From the IMG/VR virus record IMGVR_UViG_3300033066_001296, positions 1 to 64,000 of that record: 64,000 bases of DNA. One strand, 5' to 3'. The notes under the pieces are model-generated. The model did no database searches. It was given only the letters and a program-made list of their open reading frames with translations, and was not told the origin of the DNA. This stretch comes from a virus. Lineage: Duplodnaviria > Caudoviricetes. The translations under genes were made by a program, and so were the position numbers. Below are positions 8,902-18,303 of the stretch, in pieces; within the stretch, counting starts at the first letter, position 1, and every line of letters begins with the position of its first letter.

Positions 8902-9677
8902 GCAAACGAAAAACTGAAGAGCTCCCTCAAGAGCAGGAAACATGGATGGAGCTCGATGCGGGTCTGAACAAGATCAAGGTTGGCTCTGTTCCGATCGATA
9001 AGCTTGTCAGGCTTCGCACCAACTACCGCGAGCAGTCTTCCGCACAGCGGCAGGCAATGGACAAGTCCACGGAGAAGTTTGGCTTTCAGAGCCTCATCGT
9101 GGTGTCCAAGCTCCCTGATGGCACCTACTCCGTCATTGACGGGCACCACCGTGAGGATGTGCTCCGTTTCAAGGGTGCAAAGATGGCACCTGTCATCCTT
9201 CTCCCCGAGGGTATGGCGGCAGCGGATCTGGACCTTGGGCGCATCGCCTTCAACATCTCGGCAGAGGTCAAAGACGATGAGTTTGCCAGCCTTCTGAGGG
9301 ATATTCTCTCGGCGGGTGGTGACATGCACGAGGTGGCCACCATCTCTACAGTCTCCGACAAGTTCCTTGAGGAGCTTACGCGGAAGCTCGATTCCGAGCC
9401 CATTGCGGACACCTCCGAGCTCGATCGTGAGGTGCTGGATACTGGATCGACCAAGAAGAGAAAGACACCGAGGTTCAAGGTGGTTGTTCTCACGGATACA
9501 GAATCCGAAGAGGGCGGTGTTCGTGTCTGCCTTTGTTCTACCGAGACCATCATCTCCAAGGAGGTGCGGGAGTGCATGGCAGATCTGAAGATTGCAGTCG
9601 ATGAAATCGAACCCTTCTACTTCGAGAGCGACGAAGAGCTTGTGGAGCTGATCAATGCTCCGGGGGAAGAGGAGTGA
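8898..9677 (+). CDS. ParB/Srx N-terminal-domain protein
   Basis: FGFQSLIVV...YSVIDGHHR motif; acidic C-terminus. Confidence 0.8.
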   Translation: MSKRKTEELPQEQETWMELDAGLNKIKVGSVPIDKLVRLRTNYREQSSAQRQAMDKSTEKFGFQSLIVVSKLPDGTYSVIDGHHREDVLRFKGAKMAPVILLPEGMAAADLDLGRIAFNISAEVKDDEFASLLRDILSAGGDMHEVATISTVSDKFLEELTRKLDSEPIADTSELDREVLDTGSTKKRKTPRFKVVVLTDTESEEGGVRVCLCSTETIISKEVRECMADLKIAVDEIEPFYFESDEELVELINAPGEEE

Positions 9678-9901
9678 TGCCTTACAAGTACGCCGTTGCA
9701 AACCTTGCAATTTCAATTGCAAGCGCGCTCGGGTGCCTTGCTCTGGCGGCTGGTCCCTTTGCGGGCTACCTCTCGACGACAAAGTACAACTACTTTCTAT
9801 CGGGAGCGTTTGTCGCCACTTTCTTCTTTTATCACTGGAAAGATATGGGTAAATCCTATGCAGCATTCTGCGAAGCAAGACGAAACCGTAACAATCGCTG
9901 A
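9677..9901 (+). CDS. small membrane protein
   Basis: Two hydrophobic segments and a basic tail. Confidence 0.55.
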   Translation: MPYKYAVANLAISIASALGCLALAAGPFAGYLSTTKYNYFLSGAFVATFFFYHWKDMGKSYAAFCEARRNRNNR

Positions 9902-9967
9902 GATCCTGAGCTCCATCTTCGGGTGGAGTCTGGCAATTGCTCTGGTTACAGTTCTTTCGAGGCGCTG

Positions 9968-10231
9968 ATGAGTTTCGTTGACCACGACGATCAAGATAAG
10001 ATGCGAGCTCGAAGAGAGTCCACCTTTGGTGGTGCCGTCCGCTATGGTGCGCCTCCGAAACCAAGTGAGCCAAAACCCACAACGGACAACTTGCTTGGCA
10101 AGGCGATCGGAGATCTGATGAAGTTGAGACTCAATACGGAGCTTCCGCCTTCGCTCACCGCTGAAGTGGATCGGATCATGATGAGTCTCATGTTGCACCG
10201 TCAGATGCTCGACGAAAGGTCCAAGCTGTAA
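9968..10231 (+). CDS. hypothetical protein
   Basis: TGATG and TAATG coupling. Confidence 0.5.
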   Translation: MSFVDHDDQDKMRARRESTFGGAVRYGAPPKPSEPKPTTDNLLGKAIGDLMKLRLNTELPPSLTAEVDRIMMSLMLHRQMLDERSKL

Positions 10232-10689
10232 TGCCAGCAAGGGGTCAAGGTTCCGCATATCAGGGGGCTCACTGGATTCGGGAATCGACCCGGTACGCCA
10301 TCTATTATCGGGACCGTGATCCCAAAACCGGACACTTCCTCTGTGCCTGGTGTCTCCGTCGTGTATGGCCCTGGAACCCGACCAGGAAAGTCGCACGGCG
10401 CATCTGTCTTGATCACCTCGTTCCGGTGCATATGGGAGGAACCAATCGCTCCGAGAACGTGGTGACGAGCTGTCACCTTTGCAACAACCAGCGTCGCGGC
10501 CAGTCCTGGGAAGATTGGCGCGACAGTTGCAATTGTGACCCCCTCATTGAGAGTAGAATCCTCGAAAGAATCACAAGGCCACTTACAAAAGAAGAGCGTA
10601 GGGCGGGTCTTGAGCTTTCAAAAGCCAGGAAGAAAGGTCCGAGAACTTGGAAAAGTCTGATGTCGCATTGGAGCAACAACTCCTCTTGA
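10231..10689 (+). CDS. HNH endonuclease
   Basis: CAWC...LDHLVPVHMGGTNRSENVVTSCHLCNNQR. Confidence 0.85.
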   Translation: MPARGQGSAYQGAHWIRESTRYAIYYRDRDPKTGHFLCAWCLRRVWPWNPTRKVARRICLDHLVPVHMGGTNRSENVVTSCHLCNNQRRGQSWEDWRDSCNCDPLIESRILERITRPLTKEERRAGLELSKARKKGPRTWKSLMSHWSNNSS

Positions 10690-11171
10690 TCTCCGAAAGC
10701 ATTCGTGTGGAGTACGACTGCGGAGCGGAGGGAGTTAATCTTCCGGTCCTCTATGACTGGTACTCAAAGGAGGTGCTCCGAACAGCTCCAAAGCTCAATA
10801 GCGCGGAGAACTTTGAGGCCAACCTCAACCACGCCGCAATGGGTCTCGCAGGCGAGTGTGGTGAGGTTGTGGATCTCATCAAGAAGCACCAGCATCATGG
10901 TGTGGAGCTCAATCGCGAAAAGATTCTTCAAGAGGCGGGTGATGTGTTCTGGTATCTCCAGTACCTTTGCCTTGTGCTTGGAGTCCAACTCGATGATATC
11001 GCGATCCAGAATGTCAGAAAGCTCAGGCTCCGCTACCAGAACGGTTTCAATACGAAGGATTCCATCGAACGGAAAGATGAGGCGGTCCATGATACAGAGC
11101 AAGCAAGACCTTCTGGATCACAAGAGAGCTCGGATCCTGTTGCAGTCTCTCCTGAAGGAAACAAAACGTGA
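10647..11171 (+). CDS. MazG-like nucleotide pyrophosphohydrolase
   Basis: GLAGECGEVVDLIKK...EAGDVFWYL...NVRKLRLRY; start uncertain. Confidence 0.88.
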   Translation: MEKSDVALEQQLLLISESIRVEYDCGAEGVNLPVLYDWYSKEVLRTAPKLNSAENFEANLNHAAMGLAGECGEVVDLIKKHQHHGVELNREKILQEAGDVFWYLQYLCLVLGVQLDDIAIQNVRKLRLRYQNGFNTKDSIERKDEAVHDTEQARPSGSQESSDPVAVSPEGNKT

Positions 11172-11413
11172 AAGTCCTGAGTCTGATACGGAGGCTATTC
11201 GGGGTGCCATCAAGCTCCTTGAATCCGACATCCTCGACTACGAAACAGATGATTCCGCCAGCGTCCGATGGTGATCTCGGGATCTATGGGCGTGTTGCCA
11301 AGGCATTCGGCAACACTGCTCTGCATCCAGATCCCCCACCCGCAATCCTCGCTTTGTGTAAAGATTGTGCAGGCTGGCACAACTACTTCGAGTGCCCAAA
11401 GGTGAGTGTATGA
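11168..11413 (+). CDS. small hypothetical protein
   Basis: GTGA overlap; C-terminal CKDC...H...C cluster. Confidence 0.45.
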   Translation: MKVLSLIRRLFGVPSSSLNPTSSTTKQMIPPASDGDLGIYGRVAKAFGNTALHPDPPPAILALCKDCAGWHNYFECPKVSV

Positions 11414-11748
11414 ATCTGTCAATCCTTCCAAAGCTGCACCGAGCCATCGAGACTGGTAATCTTGGTGCGAAAACACGAAGATTGTCATTTATCGATGCTA
11501 CCGTAGCGTTCTCGATTCACTGCAAGCTGGCCTGTGCTAATCCCGGCAAGCGTGTTCGCACCACAATGCTCGGCGGAAGGGTCGCAAACTCCTATAAGTA
11601 CAAGGCCACATCCACTGACATCGTGCTGGAGACATCCAAAGAAGGCGTGACCACAATCATCCGTGCGGGTCGTGTTTCGGCTGTAAAATCACCCCACGGC
11701 AGGGGTCGTTGTCTCTACTCCACAGTCAATGGGAGAATCGTTGAATGA
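11410..11748 (+). CDS. hypothetical protein
   Basis: ATGA coupling. Confidence 0.5.
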   Translation: MNLSILPKLHRAIETGNLGAKTRRLSFIDATVAFSIHCKLACANPGKRVRTTMLGGRVANSYKYKATSTDIVLETSKEGVTTIIRAGRVSAVKSPHGRGRCLYSTVNGRIVE

Positions 11749-12134
11749 AGATCTATGCAAGAGGTGTGTGGGTTTGTCTTGGCGTTGGTACTGTTGAGCA
11801 GGAAGCCAAGACAATCGCTCTGCCGAAAGGCGAACCGCTCACAATTGAGCTTTATGTAACGGACGATGCAGGGGTCGTTCGGAGTCTTGAAGACGCAACG
11901 GTCGAGTTCCGGCTTGTGAACCCTCTGATGCCCCGTCAAGTGCTCTACCGCACCAACGCGAACGCCTCGTCTTCGGGGCAGCTCTCCTTGGGTCATGCAA
12001 CTCTCAATGTGAACCTACCTGCCTCTATCGATGCGGGCACCTATCATTGGGAGGTGTGGATGACACTTGGATTGAGCTCACACTACAGAATCGTCCCGCT
12101 TTCCGCGTTTCTACTTCTGGGATCTTCGAGGTGA
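11745..12134 (+). CDS. beta-sandwich protein, BppU-N-like
   Basis: PKGEPLTIELYVTD...ATVEF...GTYHWEVWM pattern. Confidence 0.45.
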   Translation: MKIYARGVWVCLGVGTVEQEAKTIALPKGEPLTIELYVTDDAGVVRSLEDATVEFRLVNPLMPRQVLYRTNANASSSGQLSLGHATLNVNLPASIDAGTYHWEVWMTLGLSSHYRIVPLSAFLLLGSSR

Positions 12135-12137
12135 GTC

Positions 12138-12830
12138 GTGGAGAAAAAGATCAGACCGAGAAGATCTTCTAACAAGCCTTGGACTGCGGAAGAGGACAAG
12201 ACACTGTGCAATATGTGGCCCGATTATAGCGTAAGGGCGATCAAACAGGCTCTTCGCGGAAGATCGTGGGATTCCATCATCCACAGAGCCAGGTTCCACA
12301 AACTTGGGCGCAGGTTCCAGGGTTATGTGTCCGTAGAGAAGGCTGCACAGCACATTGGCTTCTCCCCTGCCTGGATCTTCAAGAAGATTAAGGAGGGTAA
12401 GGTTCAAACCTACACAATCGGGGTGGGTAAGAAGCTCAAGAGGGTTGCGATTGAGCTCGAGCCTCTCGAGGAGCTGATCAAGAAAGAACTCAAGTTGGAG
12501 ACCTTCAGCGATGCTGCAAAACGTTATGGGATGAGCTCCAGCCACCTCCAAGCGATCTTCAAGAGACTTGGCAAGTACAAGGCCCCTACCAAAAAGAAGC
12601 AGTGGCAGCGATTGGATCCGACCGAAGTAGATGCGGTGATGTTGCAATGGAAAGAGCACCTGAAGAGCGTGTACGCTGCGCGTGCTGCGCATCTGAACCA
12701 GTTTCGTTCAAAGCGTACTGCGTCTCCTGCTGGCTCCATTGTCTGCCTGAGTACGAAGCGCAAGGCTACTACGAAGGCGTCTTCCTCAAGCTCCTCCGTC
12801 TCCGAGTCCATGCGTGGGCAAGCTGCATGA
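12138..12830 (+). CDS. DNA-binding regulator (Myb/SANT-like N-terminus plus HTH)
   Basis: PWTAEEDKTL...RSWDSIIHRA; VSVEKAAQHIGFSPAWI; TFSDAAKRYGMSSS. Confidence 0.7.
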   Translation: MEKKIRPRRSSNKPWTAEEDKTLCNMWPDYSVRAIKQALRGRSWDSIIHRARFHKLGRRFQGYVSVEKAAQHIGFSPAWIFKKIKEGKVQTYTIGVGKKLKRVAIELEPLEELIKKELKLETFSDAAKRYGMSSSHLQAIFKRLGKYKAPTKKKQWQRLDPTEVDAVMLQWKEHLKSVYAARAAHLNQFRSKRTASPAGSIVCLSTKRKATTKASSSSSSVSESMRGQAA

Positions 12831-12932
12831 GGGAAGAGGGCCTATGCCCCGCCTATCACGCAGATAAAGACCTTGCTGAAAGATCAAGAAAGCTTCTTCG
12901 AGAATCCGAAGAGCTCTCTGAAAGGTTTACAG

Positions 12933-13127
12933 ATGTCTGTTGAGAATTTTACGTCTGAGGATTGGGCGAAGTACAACGAGGGTTGTAAGAAGGTCATCGA
13001 GGCAATCAAAACCTCGAAGTGGTACTCAAAAACGGATGGGAAGAGGGTAATGGCAGAGATTACCAAGCCCGTCGATGCAAATGGGATGTATGTTCCTCCA
13101 TACGAGGAGGGAGACTGGCTCTGCTAA
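12933..13127 (+). CDS. small hypothetical protein
   Basis: 64-aa ORF abutting the converging lysin gene. Confidence 0.45.
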   Translation: MSVENFTSEDWAKYNEGCKKVIEAIKTSKWYSKTDGKRVMAEITKPVDANGMYVPPYEEGDWLC

Positions 13128-13991
13128 TTACTTCGTGTAAGCACGATCCGTGAGGATCTGATCGATCCGAGGATCCGGGGTCAGGAACCAGGAAGTCGAT
13201 AGACCCAACTTCTCCGCAACGTTCCGACCCGAATCATGCTTCTGGCGAGAGCGAATGATGGCGTAGGCCGCACCGCGCTTGTAGGGCACGATCCCAATAC
13301 CTTTGACCTTGTTCTCGATGTCGTAAGCGACCATGCGCTCCCAAGCCTGCCAGCGCTGTTCCTCGGGCACCAGCGCGAGCTTGTCCACGTAGGGCTGGAG
13401 ACACTTCCAGAGCTGCCCAGAGCCCCGCGAGAAGGCTGTAAACCCGAGAAGCACCGCCCACGTCGAACCCAAACTCTTTGGCTTCACATCGTCAGGGAGC
13501 TTGCCCTCAATGTTCCCAAGATGTCTGCGAAGATTGGCAAGCCCCACCGCAGCCTGATCGGGCACCAGCTTCTTCCACTCATTCGGCTTCATGCTCGGAA
13601 GCTTACCAAGCATCTGAACCGTCAGAGCGTGGAGCCGCTTGCGGCGATCTCCGTCGGAGTCCTTTGTAGGGACGGATAGGTACGCCCACGCAGAATACTT
13701 TCCGTTTGGATCAGGATTTGGAGCAGGAAAGTTACGAAGCCCAGCTTCAACTTGGAAAAGACCGATCTCGTGGAATGTTTGTGCATCGACCGCCTCTGTA
13801 GTGTTCTCCGATTGCTTGGCGAATCCAGTAAACCCGAGAAACACAAGGGAGTCAACTCCCGGCCATGCAATCGGTGCCATGCGGCGAAGGCACTCCCCGA
13901 GCTCACCATTCCAGCGTTCAATGAGGCGCTTTTCCTTGCCCTTCGCATAGTTGCGGGGAAGCCCGCTGAAGTTATCTCTGTTACCCATCAT
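13128..13991 (-). CDS. putative endolysin, lysozyme/lytic-transglycosylase-like
   Basis: SEN...HEIGLFQV motif resembles the SLT GLFQ motif; last gene of the late operon after holin- and spanin-like genes. Confidence 0.55.
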   Translation of the reverse strand: MMGNRDNFSGLPRNYAKGKEKRLIERWNGELGECLRRMAPIAWPGVDSLVFLGFTGFAKQSENTTEAVDAQTFHEIGLFQVEAGLRNFPAPNPDPNGKYSAWAYLSVPTKDSDGDRRKRLHALTVQMLGKLPSMKPNEWKKLVPDQAAVGLANLRRHLGNIEGKLPDDVKPKSLGSTWAVLLGFTAFSRGSGQLWKCLQPYVDKLALVPEEQRWQAWERMVAYDIENKVKGIGIVPYKRGAAYAIIRSRQKHDSGRNVAEKLGLSTSWFLTPDPRIDQILTDRAYTK

Positions 13992-14638
13992 ACCTCTTGA
14001 ATGTGAATGGTTTTGCACCAGCTCGGAACGATCTTGTCGGGTGCATTGGCCCGCATCCAGAGTAGCGTCTCTATGACCACTGCATAAGGCGGAACGTTGT
14101 TGGATCGGATGGTGCTCAGCGCATACCGAGCCTCCCCCTCCGCGAGAGCAAGCTCCGCACCGCTCAAGTGATACAAGTCACGCTTCAAGCTGCCAATTGC
14201 GTGTTCTGCATCAGGAATTTCGCCCGTGAGCAGGTACTTCACCCAAAGAGCTCCGACACAAGCCTTTGCTTCTCTCGAAGCTCTCATGTGCCCCGATCCA
14301 AGGTAGTCCACCGTAGATTGGACCTTGCCCGCCATCTGAATCTGGAAGGCGTGCGTTGCTTCGTGGCACTTCGTTGCAACCTCTACGAGAGGATCTGCAA
14401 CGGCTCCCTTGGAGAGCAGACACACCGTACCAAAAGGTAGCGGGAGCGTTGAAGACCACTCATCGAGGTGCTTGAGAAGAGCATCCACCGCAACGGACGA
14501 GCCAGGAACGAGCGTAGCCAGGAACTTGAGAAAGCTCACCGCAGTTTCCCGCAGTGTGTTGTCGGGATGCACAAACGTGAACTCGAACTTGTGCTCCAAG
14601 TGCGATGTCAAACCATCAAGCTCACTCCGCGTCAGCAT
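13988..14638 (-). CDS. putative zincin metallopeptidase
   Basis: HEATH (HExxH) with downstream REAKA Glu; SD GGAGGT. Confidence 0.6.
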   Translation of the reverse strand: MLTRSELDGLTSHLEHKFEFTFVHPDNTLRETAVSFLKFLATLVPGSSVAVDALLKHLDEWSSTLPLPFGTVCLLSKGAVADPLVEVATKCHEATHAFQIQMAGKVQSTVDYLGSGHMRASREAKACVGALWVKYLLTGEIPDAEHAIGSLKRDLYHLSGAELALAEGEARYALSTIRSNNVPPYAVVIETLLWMRANAPDKIVPSWCKTIHIQEV

Positions 14639-14909
14639 CGACACCTCCATCGGGCGTTACGCAATGGGCTCCCCCATCAATAATAGCGCACACTGCGCCT
14701 GTGTAGGTGCAGGGGTAGTCTCCGAGAGGAAAGTACCGCGTGGGTGTGTCTGCACATTGGTAGCCCTGCTCATTGCGGCAGATCTGAGTGCCAACGCGGC
14801 AGTCCTCGGCAGGCGGCAGATTCGGCTTGCAGCCGAACGCCCATGCAAGTGCCACGATGGCAAACGCCAGAATCCACCAAAGAGCTCTCTTCTGTTTACG
14901 ATGTGTCAT
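14622..14909 (-). CDS. Cys-rich lipoprotein (o-spanin-like position)
   Basis: Basic N-terminus, hydrophobic stretch, lipobox AFG-C, six further Cys. Confidence 0.65.
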   Translation of the reverse strand: MTHRKQKRALWWILAFAIVALAWAFGCKPNLPPAEDCRVGTQICRNEQGYQCADTPTRYFPLGDYPCTYTGAVCAIIDGGAHCVTPDGGVDADAE

Positions 14910-15157
14910 TGATTTTGCTCATCCTCTCGCCAAGGCTTCCCATTGACAAGGTTCTTGCTTGCTCTCACGCCTTTGAGCACATCCGGCCCAATCGCACGGA
15001 TCACCCGAAAGAGGTTGGCAAGCCTTGGGTATTGCTCTTCGAGTTGAGCTTGCTGCACTTCTGGAATGGCCCTCCAAGCCAGAATACAGATTCCCCCGCA
15101 CCACGCGAAGGTGCGATCGGGGTTGTTCAAGATCCATTCCAGAATTTGATGCATCAT
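14906..15157 (-). CDS. putative holin
   Basis: 83 aa with one hydrophobic helix, within the lysis cassette. Confidence 0.45.
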   Translation of the reverse strand: MMHQILEWILNNPDRTFAWCGGICILAWRAIPEVQQAQLEEQYPRLANLFRVIRAIGPDVLKGVRASKNLVNGKPWREDEQNQ

Positions 15158-15510
15158 GCCTTTGTCTTTCTAGTAATGGGGGCAGGGGCCAAGATCGAGT
15201 TTCGCTGGATATCAAGCCCCTGTGCCCGCACATCTGCCTGGATCACAGAAACCAGTGTTTCCAGTCTCCTGAACTCGGAATCGAGACTCGCAAGTCTCGT
15301 GTCGAGCGTTGAGATTCTCGTGTCGTGGGTTGCAAGCTTCTCCTTGATGGTTTCAAGCTTCGCATCCACACCTTCGATTGCCTTGAGAATCTTCTCCGTG
15401 GTCTTTTCCGTCTCTCGATCTCGTTCGGAGAGTCTGCCCCAAGCAACGGCCAGCACAATCAGGGGTGTGAGCAACGTCACGGCAAGTTGAATCCATGGTA
15501 GAGGGTTCAT
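15154..15510 (-). CDS. transmembrane plus coiled-coil protein (i-spanin- or holin-like)
   Basis: N-terminal TM WIQLAVTLLTPLIVLAVAW followed by heptad repeats. Confidence 0.6.
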   Translation of the reverse strand: MNPLPWIQLAVTLLTPLIVLAVAWGRLSERDRETEKTTEKILKAIEGVDAKLETIKEKLATHDTRISTLDTRLASLDSEFRRLETLVSVIQADVRAQGLDIQRNSILAPAPITRKTKA

Positions 15511-15571
15511 TGTTCGGCAACCTTGATCGAGTTTTTGATGTCTGTAAACTGCATAATACTTGCGCAGATCG

Positions 15572-15787
15572 TCATGATGGTGTGAGCCTCTGCCAACCAA
15601 ACACAGCAGGGTTGTTTGGAGTTTCGGCGAGTCCGGTAGTGCCATTGGGCCATGTCTCGCGAGACTCGACAATCTCACCTGTTGCGGTCTGCCAGACAAT
15701 AGCGCCTACTTGCTCAGCAAGCCAGCGAGCCCTTGCGTGGGGGTAGCCATCCAAGAGGCCGAGAGTAATTGTTCGGTATTGTGACAT
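15572..15787 (-). CDS. small tail-associated hypothetical protein
   Basis: TGATG coupling to the fibre gene. Confidence 0.5.
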   Translation of the reverse strand: MSQYRTITLGLLDGYPHARARWLAEQVGAIVWQTATGEIVESRETWPNGTTGLAETPNNPAVFGWQRLTPS

Positions 15788-16563
15788 CAGAGTACTCCTG
15801 CGCGCCCAGAATGGATAGCACGTACATCTACAGCCCACGCAATGCCAGTGTCCGTCACTGTGCCAATCTGAGCGAGGAGGCCGCTCGCCGCGCTCACGAC
15901 GGTGGTGGTGGTGTTGATATGAATGATCGTCCATGCGGTCGGGCGCGCGCCTGCCGACCCGATGCCCCAGGCGTAAGTAAGTGTACCACCATACTTCTCG
16001 ATCAAGAGCCACAACTGCCCTCCTGTACGATCACCCGAAGGAACCGTCGTCGAGACCGTCGCGTGTGCTCCGTAGGACCCGCCAACGGTGCTGGACGCAA
16101 TGAGTGTGCCATCGCCAAAAAGAGCAAGAGCGACGTTGTTTGTGGCGTCCACGCCCGCAGCGATGTACGCCTGCCGCTGGCTTCCGCCGTTGCCTGTCAC
16201 GATCGCGACGCGAGCTGCGAGTGACCAAGAGAGCGGAGATGGTAGAAGTGTTGTATGTCTCACAGCACCAGAACCAGCCCCAGACACATCTACCGTCATC
16301 GCAAGCTCGGAGCCATCCCACGTTTCCGTGTGGGTGCCAGATCCCGCAAGTGTAGTCCACCCCGTGCCTGTCATATCCTCCACCGCGATGGAGTCTTGCG
16401 ATGCATCAATTGCTGCACGCACAGCAGAGGCCCCGCCCATTGCGGTTATGGTCTCTGTAATGTTGTCGGCTTGAGCGATAGGTTCGCCCATTGTTCCGAT
16501 GTCCGAGAGGTCGCCAAGGCTCGATGCGCCACCGCTCCCGCCACTGTTACCTACGAATGGCAT
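15787..16563 (-). CDS. tail fibre / receptor-binding-like beta protein
   Basis: Gly/Ala/Thr/Ser-rich beta-sandwich-like sequence downstream of the baseplate genes. Confidence 0.55.
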   Translation of the reverse strand: MPFVGNSGGSGGASSLGDLSDIGTMGEPIAQADNITETITAMGGASAVRAAIDASQDSIAVEDMTGTGWTTLAGSGTHTETWDGSELAMTVDVSGAGSGAVRHTTLLPSPLSWSLAARVAIVTGNGGSQRQAYIAAGVDATNNVALALFGDGTLIASSTVGGSYGAHATVSTTVPSGDRTGGQLWLLIEKYGGTLTYAWGIGSAGARPTAWTIIHINTTTTVVSAASGLLAQIGTVTDTGIAWAVDVRAIHSGRAGVL

Positions 16564-16853
16564 CAGCGTGTCGTTCCTGCCATCACAGTGACGGCCACAG
16601 AGCCCGCACTAGCCAGCTTGAGGTAGACCTTCTGGCGTTTGGTGAAGAGCCAAGTAAGACTCTGCGCAATACCGGGGATCAGCTTGCCCGCGTTGTTGAT
16701 GCCGTCAAACGAAACGTACACAACGTCCGCAGCGGTGCTGGATTCGTTGAGCACAGTAATCTGATCGGTTTCCCATGCAAGCGCCACTTGAGGGCTCGCA
16801 AGAGCTGGGTAGCTGGTTGAGTTTACGGTGTGTGTAGTGCATGAATCTGGCAT
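16563..16853 (-). CDS. small virion-associated hypothetical protein
   Basis: TGATG coupling; beta-rich. Confidence 0.5.
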   Translation of the reverse strand: MPDSCTTHTVNSTSYPALASPQVALAWETDQITVLNESSTAADVVYVSFDGINNAGKLIPGIAQSLTWLFTKRQKVYLKLASAGSVAVTVMAGTTR

Positions 16854-16860
16854 TGTTCAA

Positions 16861-18303
16861 TCATCCGTTCGTGAAGAGAAGTGTGGCAGCAACTTCCGCA
16901 GCTCCCGCACTAATACCACCTCGACCTTTACCATGCACCGTAATCTTTTGCCCCTCTGTGACAGATACAGAGTGTGAAAGATCGGAAGCGCTTGTGCCCG
17001 AGGCTGCAAGTTCGCAGGTAATTGCGGTGGGGTTACCATCCACATAGACCGTAAAGTCTATGCTGGAGGTTCCCGGTCCTGTGAACGCTGTAATGTAGAG
17101 CTTGGAGAGCTTGCCTGCTCTTGGTGCGGCAATACTTGGGTATGGACCCGAAACAACAGGAGCCGTGCGGGCACCAAAGCCCGGATCGAGGGCCACTTCA
17201 CTTGCGGATCCGGGCGTATCTTCATTTCCAAAGTAGAGAACACCGCCACCGGATGTGGAATCTACGTAGCTCTTCGTAGCCGCGTCTGAGGCGTTCGTTG
17301 GCGTATCTACGTTGGAAATCTTATAGGGTCCGGGCGTGGCGCTGAACTTTCCAGTTGCCCCGTCAATGTTCCAACCCCGATCCGAAGAGTTCGCAAGCAG
17401 GTTGATATCTGCGTTGGAAGTCTCGGTCTGGATCGTCAGGTCGCCATTCTGTTGTCGGATCTTCGCATCCGAGCCATAGAGCTTGAGGGCACCTTCGTGG
17501 TGCCCAAGACTCCCGTCTACAAAGACGTAGTAATCCGAACCGTCAATGTAGACGATGTGTCCGATCCTTCGTGCGTACGTGCCTACGGTTACAGAGAGTG
17601 CGGCGGCATCTGTGACGTACACTGAGTCAAGTACGGAACCCGCACCAAGGCTCAAAGGCCCCACAATTCCCGTCAACTTCGCACGAAAGAGCTCGTTTGC
17701 GCTTACGGAGGTGTTGCCTGCAATGTCGTTCATCACGACATAGAGGGGCTTGTCCATCTCCGCAATGTTGCTGGCTTGCGCCTTCTCGAAGACTGGAACA
17801 AGCTCTTCTCCCGGCAAACCGGCTTTGATGGTCGCCATGTCCGTAATGACAACTACGTCACCACGAGCAAGGTTTACGTCGGCTTGTCCGGTAATTACGG
17901 AAGGATCTGCGAATCCATTATCGAGAATTCGCATGGCTCGGTTCAAGTCCCGTGCCCAGCCTCTCGAGGTTGACTCCTCGGTGGTCTCCCCCGCTGCGGG
18001 AACCCGCATCCCACTCTTCATCTGCTTTACACCGCAGATGACCTTGTTCACGCTTTCTGTAGCAAGCGTGCGGTTTACCGTGAGTCGAATGAGGTACGTG
18101 CCCTCTACATCGGGGGTAAAGGTTGGATTCTCAATCGCAGGATCAGAAAACGCAGCGGTAGAGCCCTCTGGGCGATCAATCCACTCCCACAGGTACGTAA
18201 GCTCTCCTCCGTTGTCGGAGTTTGAGAGTTGCACCAGTGTATCGATTGGAAGATCGTTGTTAGAACCAGCAACCGTATTGATTTCAATGAGTGCGCGAGC
18301 CAT
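16861..18303 (-). CDS. tail fibre protein with N-terminal PKD-like domain
   Basis: YLWEWIDRPEGS...PTFTPDVEGTYLIRLTV; DAATKSYVD fibre motif. Confidence 0.7.
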   Translation of the reverse strand: MARALIEINTVAGSNNDLPIDTLVQLSNSDNGGELTYLWEWIDRPEGSTAAFSDPAIENPTFTPDVEGTYLIRLTVNRTLATESVNKVICGVKQMKSGMRVPAAGETTEESTSRGWARDLNRAMRILDNGFADPSVITGQADVNLARGDVVVITDMATIKAGLPGEELVPVFEKAQASNIAEMDKPLYVVMNDIAGNTSVSANELFRAKLTGIVGPLSLGAGSVLDSVYVTDAAALSVTVGTYARRIGHIVYIDGSDYYVFVDGSLGHHEGALKLYGSDAKIRQQNGDLTIQTETSNADINLLANSSDRGWNIDGATGKFSATPGPYKISNVDTPTNASDAATKSYVDSTSGGGVLYFGNEDTPGSASEVALDPGFGARTAPVVSGPYPSIAAPRAGKLSKLYITAFTGPGTSSIDFTVYVDGNPTAITCELAASGTSASDLSHSVSVTEGQKITVHGKGRGGISAGAAEVAATLLFTNG

